Shown: piece after piece, positions 27,177 to 37,118 of the stretch | Position numbering within the stretch: the first letter of the stretch is position 1 | Layout of the letters: every line of letters starts with the position of its first letter | Source of the DNA: an uncultured Acidobacteriaceae bacterium | GTDB lineage: Bacteria; Acidobacteriota; Terriglobia; Terriglobales; Acidobacteriaceae | DNA length: 64,000 nucleotides | Direction: 5' to 3' | Assembly (NCBI GenBank): GCA_963771895.1 | Contig: CAVYVQ010000043.1 | Location: 3,497 to 67,496 of the forward strand | The notes under the pieces: generated by a model | Databases searched by the model: none | What the model was told of the DNA's origin: nothing | What the model saw: the letters and a program-made list of their open reading frames with translations, nothing else | Made by a program: the position numbers and the translations under genes

Positions 27177-27958
27177 CGATCGTGGTGAAGATTGGCGGAG
27201 CGGCGATTGAAGATGCGGCAACGCTGCGCAAGTGCGCGCGGTCCATCGCTGAACTGGCGCAGGACGGGCACCGCGTAGCAGTGGTTCATGGCGGCGGCAG
27301 GGCGCTGACCCGCATGCTCGATCGGCTGGGGAAAAAGAGCGAGTTTGTGGACGGGCTGCGCGTCACCGACGCGGAGACGCGGGATACGGCGCTGATGGTA
27401 TTGGCTGGAATCATCAACAAGAAGCTGGTGGCGGCCATTCAGTCAGCGGGAATGCCAGCCATCGGATTCTGCGGTGGTGACGGCATGACGTTCCGCGCCC
27501 GGAAGAAGTATGTCCATGGCCGCGACCTGGGATTCGTTGGCGAGATCTGTTTCGCCGAGCCGTGCTGGATCGAAGCGCTGTGGCAGCAGGGAGGCATACC
27601 GGTTCTGGCCTCATTGGCACTGGGCGCCGACGGCGAATACTACAACGTAAACGCCGACGAAATGGCGGCATCGTGCGCTGCGGCCTGTCATGCCAACACG
27701 TTGATCTTTCTCACCGACGTGCCGGGAGTGAAAGATGCGGCGGGAAGCGTGATGCCGTGGCTGAGCACGAAGCAGGCCGCCGAACTGGCGGCAGGTTCGG
27801 TCATCAGCGGTGGCATGTTGCCCAAACTGCAGGCCTGCGGGCAGGCCTTGAAACAAGGCGTGGGGCGCGTGAGAATTTTGCCCGCAACCGAAGCGGAGGT
27901 CTTGCCGCAGTTCTACCTGACCAAGCTCTTGTGCGGTACGGAGGTCACCTATTCATGA
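27173..27958 (+). CDS. argB: acetylglutamate kinase
   Basis: GTG start in a GTGA overlap with the argC stop. VTIVVKIGGAAIED, VAVVHGGG, NVNADEMA. Confidence 0.9.
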   Translation: MTIVVKIGGAAIEDAATLRKCARSIAELAQDGHRVAVVHGGGRALTRMLDRLGKKSEFVDGLRVTDAETRDTALMVLAGIINKKLVAAIQSAGMPAIGFCGGDGMTFRARKKYVHGRDLGFVGEICFAEPCWIEALWQQGGIPVLASLALGADGEYYNVNADEMAASCAAACHANTLIFLTDVPGVKDAAGSVMPWLSTKQAAELAAGSVISGGMLPKLQACGQALKQGVGRVRILPATEAEVLPQFYLTKLLCGTEVTYS

Positions 27959-28042
27959 GTCAATCAGCTGCTGCGCAGTACCAATATAAATCGCAACCCG
28001 CGAATGCGCAGGTCCAGCGCAAGGAGCCAAAGTTGAATAGTC

Positions 28043-29047
28043 ATGTGCAAGGCAGAGTTTCGGCGGCTGCTCGCCGAGAGAGTGCCGCAAGTGTTTTGGT
28101 GCCCCGATCTGGTCTCGACTCGCGATCTCGGCCCTTCCGGCGTCGATGCAGTTTTGCGTCTGGCTGGAATCATGAAATCGCGTCCAGCGGATTTTCAGAG
28201 GGCGCTCACGGGTAGACAGATCGTCATGTTTTTCGAGAAGCCCTCGTTGCGGACTCGGCTGACATTCGAGGCTGGCATAGTGAGTCTGGGCGGCACCGCG
28301 ATGTTTGTCGATCAAACTCACGAACGGCTCGATGCCCGTGAAAAATTGAGCGACGTGGCGCACAACCTTGAACGTTGGGTGGATCTGATTGTGCTGCGCA
28401 CGTTTTCGCAGCAGACCATCGAGGGTATGGCGCAGCACTCCTCGATTCCGGTCATTAATGCGCTCAGCGACCTGGAGCATCCTTGCCAGGCGTTGGCTGA
28501 CTATCTCACGCTGCTGGAGCGGTTCGGAGATTTAAAGAACCGCTGCCTGGCGTATGTAGGCGACGGCAACAATGTGGCGCACTCGTTGCTGCTGACGTGC
28601 GCGTGTCTGGGTTCTACGATCCGCGTCGCGACTCCGAAAGGCTACGAGCCGAATTCGCAGATTGTCGCAGCCGCTCGTGAAATCGCTGAGGAGACCGGCG
28701 CGGAAATTCGTTTGCTCACCGACCCGCACGAGGCGGTGATTGGAGCCGACGCAATCTACACCGATGCCTGGACGAGCATGGGGCAGGAAAAGGAAGAACG
28801 CGAACGAGCGAAGATTTTTCCGCCTTATCAAGTCAATTCGGAACTGATGGCGGAAGCCGCGCCCCACGCGGTGTTTATGCACTGCCTGCCGGCCCATCGT
28901 GGATTGGAAGTGACGGACGCGGTGATAGACTCCCAGCAGTCAGTGGTCTTCGAGCAGGCGGAGAACCGCCTGCACGCGCAAAAGGCCATTCTTTATTTGC
29001 TGCTGGGTGGCGGCGACCGTCTGCCCGCGAGGAGTGCTCATGCCTGA
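28043..29047 (+). CDS. argF: ornithine carbamoyltransferase
   Basis: [26 protein letters not shown] and [10 protein letters not shown] motifs. The exact start is uncertain: there is an 85-nt gap after argB, and AAGGAG lies 17 nt upstream of ATG 28043. Confidence 0.9.
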   Translation: MCKAEFRRLLAERVPQVFWCPDLVSTRDLGPSGVDAVLRLAGIMKSRPADFQRALTGRQIVMFFEKPSLRTRLTFEAGIVSLGGTAMFVDQTHERLDAREKLSDVAHNLERWVDLIVLRTFSQQTIEGMAQHSSIPVINALSDLEHPCQALADYLTLLERFGDLKNRCLAYVGDGNNVAHSLLLTCACLGSTIRVATPKGYEPNSQIVAAAREIAEETGAEIRLLTDPHEAVIGADAIYTDAWTSMGQEKEERERAKIFPPYQVNSELMAEAAPHAVFMHCLPAHRGLEVTDAVIDSQQSVVFEQAENRLHAQKAILYLLLGGGDRLPARSAHA

Positions 29048-30244
29048 AAAAGTTGTACTCGCCTACTCTGGAGGACTCGATACCTCCATTATTGTTCCGT
29101 GGCTCAAGGAGAACTACTCTTACAACGTCATCGCGATGGTCGCCGATGTTGGCCAGGGAGATGACATTGAAGCCGTGGTCGAGAAGGCCTACGCCACGGG
29201 CGCAATCAAGGTGATCGTGGAGGATCTGCGCGAGGAGTTTCTGACTGGATATGTTTTTCCGGCGTTGCAAGCAGGCGCGGTCTACGAACACAAGTATCTG
29301 CTGGGCACGTCGCTGGCGCGTCCGGTGATCGCGAAGCATCAAGTCGAAGTCGCCCTGCGCGAGGGAGCGACGGCTGTAGCGCATGGCTGCACGGGCAAGG
29401 GGAACGACCAGGTTCGCTTCGAGTTAACGTATCAGGCGCTCGCGCCGGAGCTGAAAGTCATTGCACCGTGGCGCGAATGGTCGCTCAAATCCCGCGAGGA
29501 CTGCCTCGATTACGCCGAACAGCACGGTATCCCGGTGGCGGCGAGCCGCGAGAAAATCCACAGCCGGGACCGCAATCTGTGGCACCTCAGCCACGAAGGC
29601 GGGGAACTGGAGGATGCCGCGAATGCTCCGCTGCCGGCAACATGGCAGATGACCCGTTCGCCCCAGGAGGCGCCCGACAAGAACGAGCAGGTGTCCATCG
29701 GCTTTGAGAAGGGAATTCCGGTCACGTAAACGGCATGAAACTTGATCCAGTGTCGCTGGTCGAGTTGCTGAACGAAGTTGGCGCGCGCAACGCCATTGGC
29801 AGGGTTGATCTGGTGGAGAACCGTTTTGTCGGAATAAAGTCGCGCGGCTGTTATGAAACGCCCGGCGGCACGCTGCTGGTTGCGGCGCATCGCGAACTGG
29901 AAGCGCTGTGCCTGGAGCGTGAGGTCGCGCACTTCAAGCAGCACGTGGGGCTGAAGTATGCGGAGTTGGTCTACTTTGGCTTGTGGTTCACGCCGCTGCG
30001 CGAGGCGCTGGATGCCTTTGTCGCCAGCACACAGACAGAGATGACCGGCAGTGTGACGCTTTCTCTTTACAAAGGAAATGTTTCGGTCGTGAGCCGCCAG
30101 TCCGAGCACTCGCTCTATCGCACCGATCTCTCGTCGTTCACCATGGGCGACGGTTACGACCAGAAAGATGCGGAGGGTTTCATTCGCATCCTCGGACTTC
30201 CGTCGCGCGTACGCGCGCGCGGGCCGCGTGGAGGTTACGCGATG
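29040..30244 (+). CDS. argG: argininosuccinate synthase, one frame break; no stop codon in the current frame before argH
   Basis: [16 protein letters not shown]... in the frame of 29040 ends at TAA 29727-29729 after GFEKGIPVT. The sequence continues as [48 protein letters not shown] in the next frame. The start overlaps the argF stop by 8 nt. Confidence 0.9.
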
Positions 30245-31651
30245 AAGATGTGGTCGGGCCGGTTCCGGCAGCCACTGGACCCGCAATTCGAACGCTGGCA
30301 GCGGTCATTCGACTTCGATCGCCGCCTGCTGCGTTACGAACTGGCGGCGAGTGGCGTTCATGCTGGCGCCCTGAAGAACGCCGGTGTTCTCTCCGCCGAC
30401 GAACTCATCAGCATTCTTCAAGGGCTGCAGCAGATTGGCGAGATGGCCGCGGGTTCCAAGGACCTTTTGCAAGATGACGAGGCCGAGGACGTCCATCACT
30501 TTGTTGAGAAGCAACTCGTGTCGCGGATCGGCGAGGTGGGCTACAAACTGCACAGCGGGCGCAGCCGCAACGAGCAGATCGCTACCGACCTGCGGCTCTA
30601 TGTGCGGGCGGCGATTGATGAATTGCGAAGCGAACTAGCCGACGTGTGTGGCGCTTTTGCTGACCGCGCCGAACAGGCCGGTAGCGCCGCGATGCCCGCC
30701 TACACCCACTTGCAGCGAGCTGAGCCTGTGCTGGTTGCGCATTGGTTGCTGGCTTACGTCGAAATGTTCTTGCGGGATGCCGACCGCCTTGCCGATTGCC
30801 GCAAGCGTTTGAACGTGTGTCCGCTTGGATCGGGCGCGGTGGCCGGCGCGACTCTGCCTCTCGATCGCGCCGTCATGGCGGATGAGCTCGATTTCGCCGC
30901 GCCGACGGCAAACAGTATCGACGCCACCAGCGACCGCGATTTCGTCATTGAGTTCGTCAACACGCTCTCGCTCCTAGGCCTGCACTTGAGCCGCTGGGCA
31001 GAGGAGATGATCATGTTCTCCACGCAGGAGTTCGGCTTTGTCCAGTTGCCTGAGGCGTATTCCACGGGCAGCAGCGCCATGCCGCAGAAGAAAAATCCCG
31101 ATCTTCTGGAACTGGTACGGGGCAAGACCGGTCGCATCGTCGGAAGCGCAACCACACTGACGATTGCGTTGAAAGGCTTGCCCCTGGCTTACAACAAAGA
31201 CTTGCAGGAAACACAGCAGCCGCTGTTCGACGCCACCGACACAGCGCTCGGAGTAGTGCCGCTGGTCGCCGGATGGATGAGAGCGGTCGAGTTCGACCAC
31301 CAGCGCATGAGCGATTCGGCGCAGTCGGGATTCATGAACGCGTGGGCTGCCGCGACCTACCTGGTCAACCGCAGCGTTCCTTCGCGACTCGCGCACGAGC
31401 AGATCGGCAAGGCCGTGAAGCTGTGCCTGGAAAAACATTGCGAGCTTCAGGATCTAACACTAGATGAGTTGCATGCCCTGAATCCTACGTTTGACCTGAG
31501 TTTTTATAACTGCTTGAAACCGGCATCGGTTTTGGCGATCCATGATGTTGTCGGCGGCACAGCGCCGGCCCGCGTGCGGCAGGGGCTTCTGGGGGCGAGA
31601 AAGAGAATCGACTCTCTGCGCGAGGAGGTCAATTTCCATGCGCACGCGTAA
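30242..31651 (+). CDS. argH: argininosuccinate lyase
   Basis: [14 protein letters not shown]..., signature GSSAMPQKKNPD, ~470 aa. Confidence 0.95.
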   Translation: MKMWSGRFRQPLDPQFERWQRSFDFDRRLLRYELAASGVHAGALKNAGVLSADELISILQGLQQIGEMAAGSKDLLQDDEAEDVHHFVEKQLVSRIGEVGYKLHSGRSRNEQIATDLRLYVRAAIDELRSELADVCGAFADRAEQAGSAAMPAYTHLQRAEPVLVAHWLLAYVEMFLRDADRLADCRKRLNVCPLGSGAVAGATLPLDRAVMADELDFAAPTANSIDATSDRDFVIEFVNTLSLLGLHLSRWAEEMIMFSTQEFGFVQLPEAYSTGSSAMPQKKNPDLLELVRGKTGRIVGSATTLTIALKGLPLAYNKDLQETQQPLFDATDTALGVVPLVAGWMRAVEFDHQRMSDSAQSGFMNAWAAATYLVNRSVPSRLAHEQIGKAVKLCLEKHCELQDLTLDELHALNPTFDLSFYNCLKPASVLAIHDVVGGTAPARVRQGLLGARKRIDSLREEVNFHAHA

Positions 31652-32162
31652 AGCCATTTTGCCCGACGCCAAGCACATCCACGATCTGATCTCGTCCTAT
31701 TCGGGCGACGGCACATTGCTGCCCCGCACGCTGGCGGAGATTTGCGAGAACGTAAGAGATTTTGTCGTTCTCGAAAATGAAGGCCGCATCATCGGATGCG
31801 GCGCCCTGCATCTTTACGGCACGCACCTTGCCGAGATTCGCTCGATCACTGTCGGAGCCCGGGCGCAAGGTCACGGAGGCGGCACTCGCTTGATGAAGGC
31901 TTTGATGGCCGAAGCGAAGAGGCATCGGGTGGATTGCATCTGCCTCTTCACGCGCGCTCCTGAATTCTTTGCGCGCCAGGGATTCGAGATGGCGCGGCGA
32001 GAGGATCTTCCCGACAAGATTTACAAGGATTGCCACGTCTGTCCCAGGTTTCACCGATGCGATGAAGTCGCCATGGTGCGGGGCAAGCTCCCTACATTCG
32101 CGATTCTCCCCGAACCGGCGAACTGGCTGGTGAAGCTCGAAGCCTTAGCGCCCGCTCCTTGA
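31638..32162 (+). CDS. GNAT N-acetyltransferase, probable short-form N-acetylglutamate synthase
   Basis: ATG 31638 overlaps the argH 3' end by 14 nt. 174 aa. The GNAT core (IIGCGALHLYGTHLAEIRSITVGARAQGHGGGTRLM) resembles the ArgA C-terminal domain. It is the last gene of the arg operon. Confidence 0.6.
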   Translation: MRTRKAILPDAKHIHDLISSYSGDGTLLPRTLAEICENVRDFVVLENEGRIIGCGALHLYGTHLAEIRSITVGARAQGHGGGTRLMKALMAEAKRHRVDCICLFTRAPEFFARQGFEMARREDLPDKIYKDCHVCPRFHRCDEVAMVRGKLPTFAILPEPANWLVKLEALAPAP

Positions 32163-32310
32163 CTATGAGCGTAGGCTTTCTTGCGCAGGCGAGGCCGAAC
32201 CGATCATCCTTACCCATCTCCCAAGAATTGCCGACCCCCCTGTTTCCCGGTCGGCGATGCTATCATGCAACACGTAAGGCTGGCTGAATTCGGGCAAAGG
32301 ATGATTCAAC

Positions 32311-33631
32311 ATGGCAATCGTCACGCCGGGCACTTCCACCTCCACCGCCGCTACCGCGCCTGATAATTCTTCTTCTTACGGGGCGCCCCTTGCAGTAGTG
32401 ACTACCCTATTTTTTATGTGGGGATTTCTCACCTGCCTGAATGACATTCTTGTCCCGCACCTGAAGCCGATTTTCGACCTGAATTACACCCAGATCATGC
32501 TCATTCAGTTTGCCTTCTTTGGAGCATATTTTGTTTTCTCCATACCGTCGGCGAAGATCATTGACTGGATCGGCTATCAGCGCTCGATGGTAGCAGGCTT
32601 GCTTACCATGGGCTTGGGTGCATTTCTTTTCGTGCCAGCGGCCAGCGTTCCCTCGTACCCGTTGTTCCTGATAGCGCTCATCGTGCTCGCGGCTGGGATT
32701 ACGTGTTTGCAGGTCGCAGCGAATCCTTACGTGACGGTGCTGGGCAAGCCCCAGACCGCTTCGAGCCGCTTGAATCTGACACAGGCGTTCAACTCTCTTG
32801 GAACGTTTCTTGCGCCTTTTTTTGGCAGTCTCCTGATTCTGAGTGCGGCGCCGAAGACCATGGAAGAGATACGAGCGCTGACTCCAGATGCCCTGCAGGC
32901 CTATCGCTTGCACGAAGCAGCCACCGTCAAGGCGCCCTATGTGGGTCTGGGCCTCGCGTTAGTCCTGTTGGCGATCGCGATCGGCAGTTTCAAGTTGCCG
33001 AAAATTCCCCACGCTCAGCACCAGCTCGGCGAAAAAGTAAACGACTCAATCTGGAACCACCCGAATCTGATCTTTGGCGCCATCGCCATCTTTGTCTATG
33101 TGGGTGCGGAAGTTTCGATAGGTAGTTTCTTGGTGAACTATTTCAGCCAGCCTGACATTGGTGGCATGACGGCAAAAATCGCCGGCCGATTTCGTTGCCT
33201 TTTACTGGGGTGGGGCCATGGTCGGGCGATTCATCGGATCCGGGCTATTGCAGAAGATGAAGACTGGCCACCTTCTTGGCATCTGCGCCGTGTGCGCTGC
33301 TGCCCTCGTGACAATTTCAATGATCAGCACCGGACACTTCGCCATGTGGAGCATCGTTCTGGTGGGATTGTTTAATTCCATCATGTTCCCGAGCATCTTC
33401 ACTCTGGGAGTAGCGGAACTTGGTCCGCTTACGGGGGACGGTTCCGGAATCATGATCATGGCGATCGTTGGCGGTGCGCTTATCCCGCTCGCGCAAGGCG
33501 CGGTTGCCGAACAGGATCGGAATGTGGAGGTTCACCACGCCTTCTTTCTTCCTGTGATCTGCTATCTCTACATCCTGTTCTTCGCTCTGAGCGGTTCAAG
33601 GCCCAACAGCGAGCGCCCTGCCCGAACGTAG
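32311..33631 (+). CDS. sugar MFS transporter (FucP/GluP family), one frame break
   Basis: LFFMWGFLTCLNDILVPHLKPIF is typical of glucose/galactose-fucose permeases. The frame of 32311 is valid to ..GGMTAKIA. The frame of 33218 then reads ADFVAFYWGGAMVGRFIGSGLLQK... The switch lies within 33174-33185. Confidence 0.8.
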
Positions 33632-33659
33632 AACGACAGGCGCGAGAGCGCCTGTCGTT
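33632..33659. terminator. perfect 12-bp hairpin after the MFS gene
   Basis: aacgacaggcgc-gaga-gcgcctgtcgtt starts 1 nt after the stop at 33631, between convergent genes. Confidence 0.55.
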
Positions 33660-33754
33660 GGATTTGAATATGAATGGGAAATCGAGTGAACTGCTTCGGT
33701 CTTACATCAGCAGATAGTGATATCGAATATCGGAACCAGCAGAGCCACCACCCA

Positions 33755-33958
33755 TCAAATCTGCACCGACACCAATTCCGGGTTGCAGCGGGAATTTTGC
33801 ATGGATTTAATGGCGTCTTCGGCTGTAAATCTTCCCATAGCCAGCGCGAGCTTTCGGTTGGTTGTCGTCTGAATCGGGCTCCGGTCCACGCGCAATACGT
33901 ATTCTGCCGCCCGAGCGCCGCCACGGTTTACTTTCACAAGAAACTTGGTGTTTTTCAT
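33755..33958 (-). CDS. small hypothetical protein (67 aa)
   Basis: The ATG is preceded by GAGGGG (rc of 33964-33969). MKNTKFLVKVNRGGARAAEYVLRVDRSPIQTTTNRKLALAMGRFTAEDAIKSMQ... No family recognised. A candidate promoter lies at 34142-34170. Confidence 0.35.
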   Translation of the reverse strand: MKNTKFLVKVNRGGARAAEYVLRVDRSPIQTTTNRKLALAMGRFTAEDAIKSMQNSRCNPELVSVQI

Positions 33959-34237
33959 GGGTTCCCCTCGTTGTTCAGGATAACTAGATAGCTAACAAAT
34001 GGAAGCGAGACAAAAATCCCTGACAGACTGACAGCGTGACGACACACTTTTCCGCAGACACGCGCTTCATGCAAGACTTCAGATGGGCTGACCTGGTTCC
34101 GAAAGCTCGAAAGAATAGGAGAGATATTTCCCTCAGCTATAATACTAGGCCCGTTCGACGCTGTTGTCAACTTGTAACGGCCATGTGGGGCAGCTGCCGG
34201 TTCGGCTGTCCGGTCAAGCAAAGCGAGACCACTCCGT

Positions 34238-35737
34238 TCATGGCTGCAAAGCCTGGCCAGCTTGCGGATGAACCTGCTCATCTTTGATTTGGCTGGAATC
34301 CCAGCCGCCGCCGAGGGCTTTCACAAGATAAACCGAGCTAACCATCTGCTGGCCGAGCAACTGTGTCTCCAGCCGTTCGCTGGTCAGCAGCGTAGTCTGC
34401 GCCGTGATGACGTCGAGGTAACTGGTCACGCCGCCGATGTATCGGTTGTTGGCGATCGTCAATGCGCGGCGCGCATCCTCGACCGCGGCGCCTTGCGTCG
34501 CGAGAGCTTGCGAGAGCGTGCTCAAATTGCTGATGCCGTCTTCGACCTGCTGAAATGCCGTGAGCACGGACTGCCGGTAGTTCGCCACGGACTGCTCATA
34601 GGCGGCGCGCGCGGCGGCCAGATTCGCGCGGTTTCTTCCGCCTTCAAATATGGGCTGCAAAGCGTCCGCACCCAGCGACCAGAAAAGGCTCGGTGCACTG
34701 AGCAGCGGCCCGATGTCACGGCTCTGCCATCCGCCGGAACCGCTTAGAGTGATGTGCGGATAGAAGGCCGAGTGCGCAAGGCCAACTTGAGCATTCTGGT
34801 AAGCCATCACTCGTTCGGCAGTCGAAATGTCGGGCCGGCGCTCTAGCACATCGGAGGGAACTCCGAGTGGGACGGGCGGCGGCGTCGCCCGCAACGGTGC
34901 GACAGGTACGCTGAAGCTGGAAGCCGCCTGGCCTACCAGGACCGCGATGGCGTGCTCATATTGCGCGCGCGTCTGCTGTACCAACGCAAGTTGCGACAAG
35001 GTCGAGTCGAGCAGCGCCGACTGCTGCGCAACCTCCAGCCCGCTGGCAACACCTCCGTCGTGACGGTTGTTCACCAGATCCAGACCCTTGCGCTGGTAGC
35101 CGACGGATTCCTGCACTACCTGCCATTCAGCATCCAACTCACGCAGCGTGAAGTAGTCGGCGGCGAGTTCGGCGGTCAGCACCAACTGTACATTTTGAAG
35201 ATCGGCAGCCGTGGACTGCAGAGAAGCGTTAGCGGCTTCTACGTTATGCCGTACTCGTCCAAAGAGATCGACCTCATAGCTCAGCGAAAACGGAATTGTG
35301 TAGACGCTCTGCGTGTAGGGAGGGATGGACTGAGTTGTACTACCCAGGACGCTCGGTGCCGCGCCGTTCAGCGGGCGATTGCCGGAGCCGCGCTCCCGCA
35401 CCGCGCTGGGATCCGCCGCAAGCTGGGGAAACATGTCCGCGGTTGCAACTCGCGCCAGCGACCGCGCCTGTTCTAAATGGTCGCGTGCCGCCGCCAAAGA
35501 CTGGTTAGCCTGGAGCAATTGTTGTTCGTAGGCGTCGAGCGCGGGATCGTGAAAGACCTCCCACCACGCCCCTTTGGAAATGGCGTCCTTCGGCGCAGCC
35601 TGCTCCCATGGCGGCTGCGTCTTCCACGTATCCGGTGCCGGCGCGGGAGCTGCCGGCCGGCTGTAACGCGGACCGACAGTGCATCCCGCAGCAAACGCGA
35701 GCAATGCCAGAGCAGCCGGGATGGCGGCTCGCTTCAC
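34238..35737 (-). CDS. RND efflux outer-membrane factor lipoprotein (NodT family)
   Basis: GTG start in a GTGA overlap with the adaptor gene stop. Lipobox LLAFAAGC. Two OEP/TolC-like repeat halves. Confidence 0.85.
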   Translation of the reverse strand: MKRAAIPAALALLAFAAGCTVGPRYSRPAAPAPAPDTWKTQPPWEQAAPKDAISKGAWWEVFHDPALDAYEQQLLQANQSLAAARDHLEQARSLARVATADMFPQLAADPSAVRERGSGNRPLNGAAPSVLGSTTQSIPPYTQSVYTIPFSLSYEVDLFGRVRHNVEAANASLQSTAADLQNVQLVLTAELAADYFTLRELDAEWQVVQESVGYQRKGLDLVNNRHDGGVASGLEVAQQSALLDSTLSQLALVQQTRAQYEHAIAVLVGQAASSFSVPVAPLRATPPPVPLGVPSDVLERRPDISTAERVMAYQNAQVGLAHSAFYPHITLSGSGGWQSRDIGPLLSAPSLFWSLGADALQPIFEGGRNRANLAAARAAYEQSVANYRQSVLTAFQQVEDGISNLSTLSQALATQGAAVEDARRALTIANNRYIGGVTSYLDVITAQTTLLTSERLETQLLGQQMVSSVYLVKALGGGWDSSQIKDEQVHPQAGQALQP

Positions 35738-37074
35738 GACCCGCCGCCCTTCTGCTGGCTCTGCGGCGGATGATCGGGTGCTGGCTGGTTCGCCGGCGGT
35801 TGCACGACGTTCACCTGCTGTCCTTCTTCGAGCGAGTCCGCGGGGTTAATGACGATCTGGTCGGCAGGAGAGACGCCGCCAAGAATCTCCAACGTAGTGC
35901 CGTAGTCGCGTCCAATATTGATCGGACGCAACTGCACCTTGCCGCCGGGGCCGATGACCGCAACGCGCGCGCCTTCGGCACGGAACAGCATCGCGTTTAC
36001 CGGAATCGTGACCTTGTTCACGCCCGAACCGACGGCGAAGTGCACTTCCCCGAATGAACCCGGCAATAGACGTCCATCCTTATTGGGCACGTCCACCTCC
36101 GTCAGTAGAGTTCGCGTGGCTGGATCAATTGCCTCGGCCGTGCGCACGACCTGGCCGACAAACTTCTGGCCGGGGAACTCCTGCAAAGTGACGGCCGTCT
36201 TTGCGCCAACCTTGATAAACGGCGCATAGGCTTGCGGAACACTAGTGTAAACCCGCAGTGGATCGACCCGCGCAAGGTCAAACAGTTCGCGTCCGGCGAC
36301 CCCCGCGCCAGCGTTGATCAGCGCCCCGGGATCGACGTTGCGCTTAGTGAGCACGCCGGAGAACGGTGCATAGACGTCCTTAAAGCCCTCAAGCTGTTCG
36401 AGGCGGCGGACGTTGGCGTCAGCGGCAGCCAGGTTCGCCTGGCTCTGCTTGTATCCGCTGTCATACTGATCAGCTTCCTGCGCCGAGACGGAGTCTGTCT
36501 TGCGCAGGTTCTGCCAGCGGTCCGCGCTGATCTTGGCTAGATCCATTTGCGCGACAATTTGCTGGCGCGCGGCTCGAGTCTGGTTCAACTCCTGATCCAC
36601 CTCGGGAGTATCAATCTTGGCCAGCAACTCGCCTTTAGTCACCCGGCTACCAATGTCTTTGTACCAGCGCACAAGATAGCCGCTCGTGCGCGCGTAAATC
36701 GGAGACTCCTCATAGGCCAGCAGTGAACCGGGCAGCACCAAATCTTCATCAGGTTTTTCCGACTGCGGGTAAACCACGGCGACCGTCGGCACGGTTTCGC
36801 GCTCCGTCTCCTTGGCCAGCGCGCGTTCGTGGCTTACGTGGTCGAACAGCGTGAGCCCACCGGCAATCAGCAGCACCAGCAATAGCACGCCGACGATCAT
36901 CAGCGCTCGGCGCGGGGGCGCGGGCGGAACTTCGGGCGGCTTCTCGATTCCCGGAGGCTGGTGCCGGGAGTGCTGCTGGATCGCTGCAATCTCCTCGTCG
37001 CGCTGGGCCTGAGCGCTCAGCGCATGGTGCTCCTCAGCTTGGCCCGTCAGTTTGGATTTGTCTTCTGCACTCAT
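35734..37074 (-). CDS. RND efflux periplasmic adaptor (MFP/HlyD family)
   Basis: ATG 37074 with GGAG upstream (GTG 37110 is possible). One TM helix. Lipoyl/beta-barrel segments: VTKGELLAKIDTPE, APFSGVLTKRNVDPGALI, VTIPVNAML. Confidence 0.85.
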   Translation of the reverse strand: MSAEDKSKLTGQAEEHHALSAQAQRDEEIAAIQQHSRHQPPGIEKPPEVPPAPPRRALMIVGVLLLVLLIAGGLTLFDHVSHERALAKETERETVPTVAVVYPQSEKPDEDLVLPGSLLAYEESPIYARTSGYLVRWYKDIGSRVTKGELLAKIDTPEVDQELNQTRAARQQIVAQMDLAKISADRWQNLRKTDSVSAQEADQYDSGYKQSQANLAAADANVRRLEQLEGFKDVYAPFSGVLTKRNVDPGALINAGAGVAGRELFDLARVDPLRVYTSVPQAYAPFIKVGAKTAVTLQEFPGQKFVGQVVRTAEAIDPATRTLLTEVDVPNKDGRLLPGSFGEVHFAVGSGVNKVTIPVNAMLFRAEGARVAVIGPGGKVQLRPINIGRDYGTTLEILGGVSPADQIVINPADSLEEGQQVNVVQPPANQPAPDHPPQSQQKGGGS

Positions 37075-37118
37075 GCTCAACTCCGATTCCCGCGGAAACT
37101 CTCTATGCACATTCCCAT

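Noticed and set aside
27955-28215. ATG overlapping the argB stop (ATGA) opens an 87-codon frame (MSQSAAAQYQYKSQPANAQ...) across the argB-argF gap
   Set aside because: The translation shows no OTC or other family similarity and is in a different frame from argF. It might mark a frameshifted N-terminal extension of argF, but I cannot support it as a gene.
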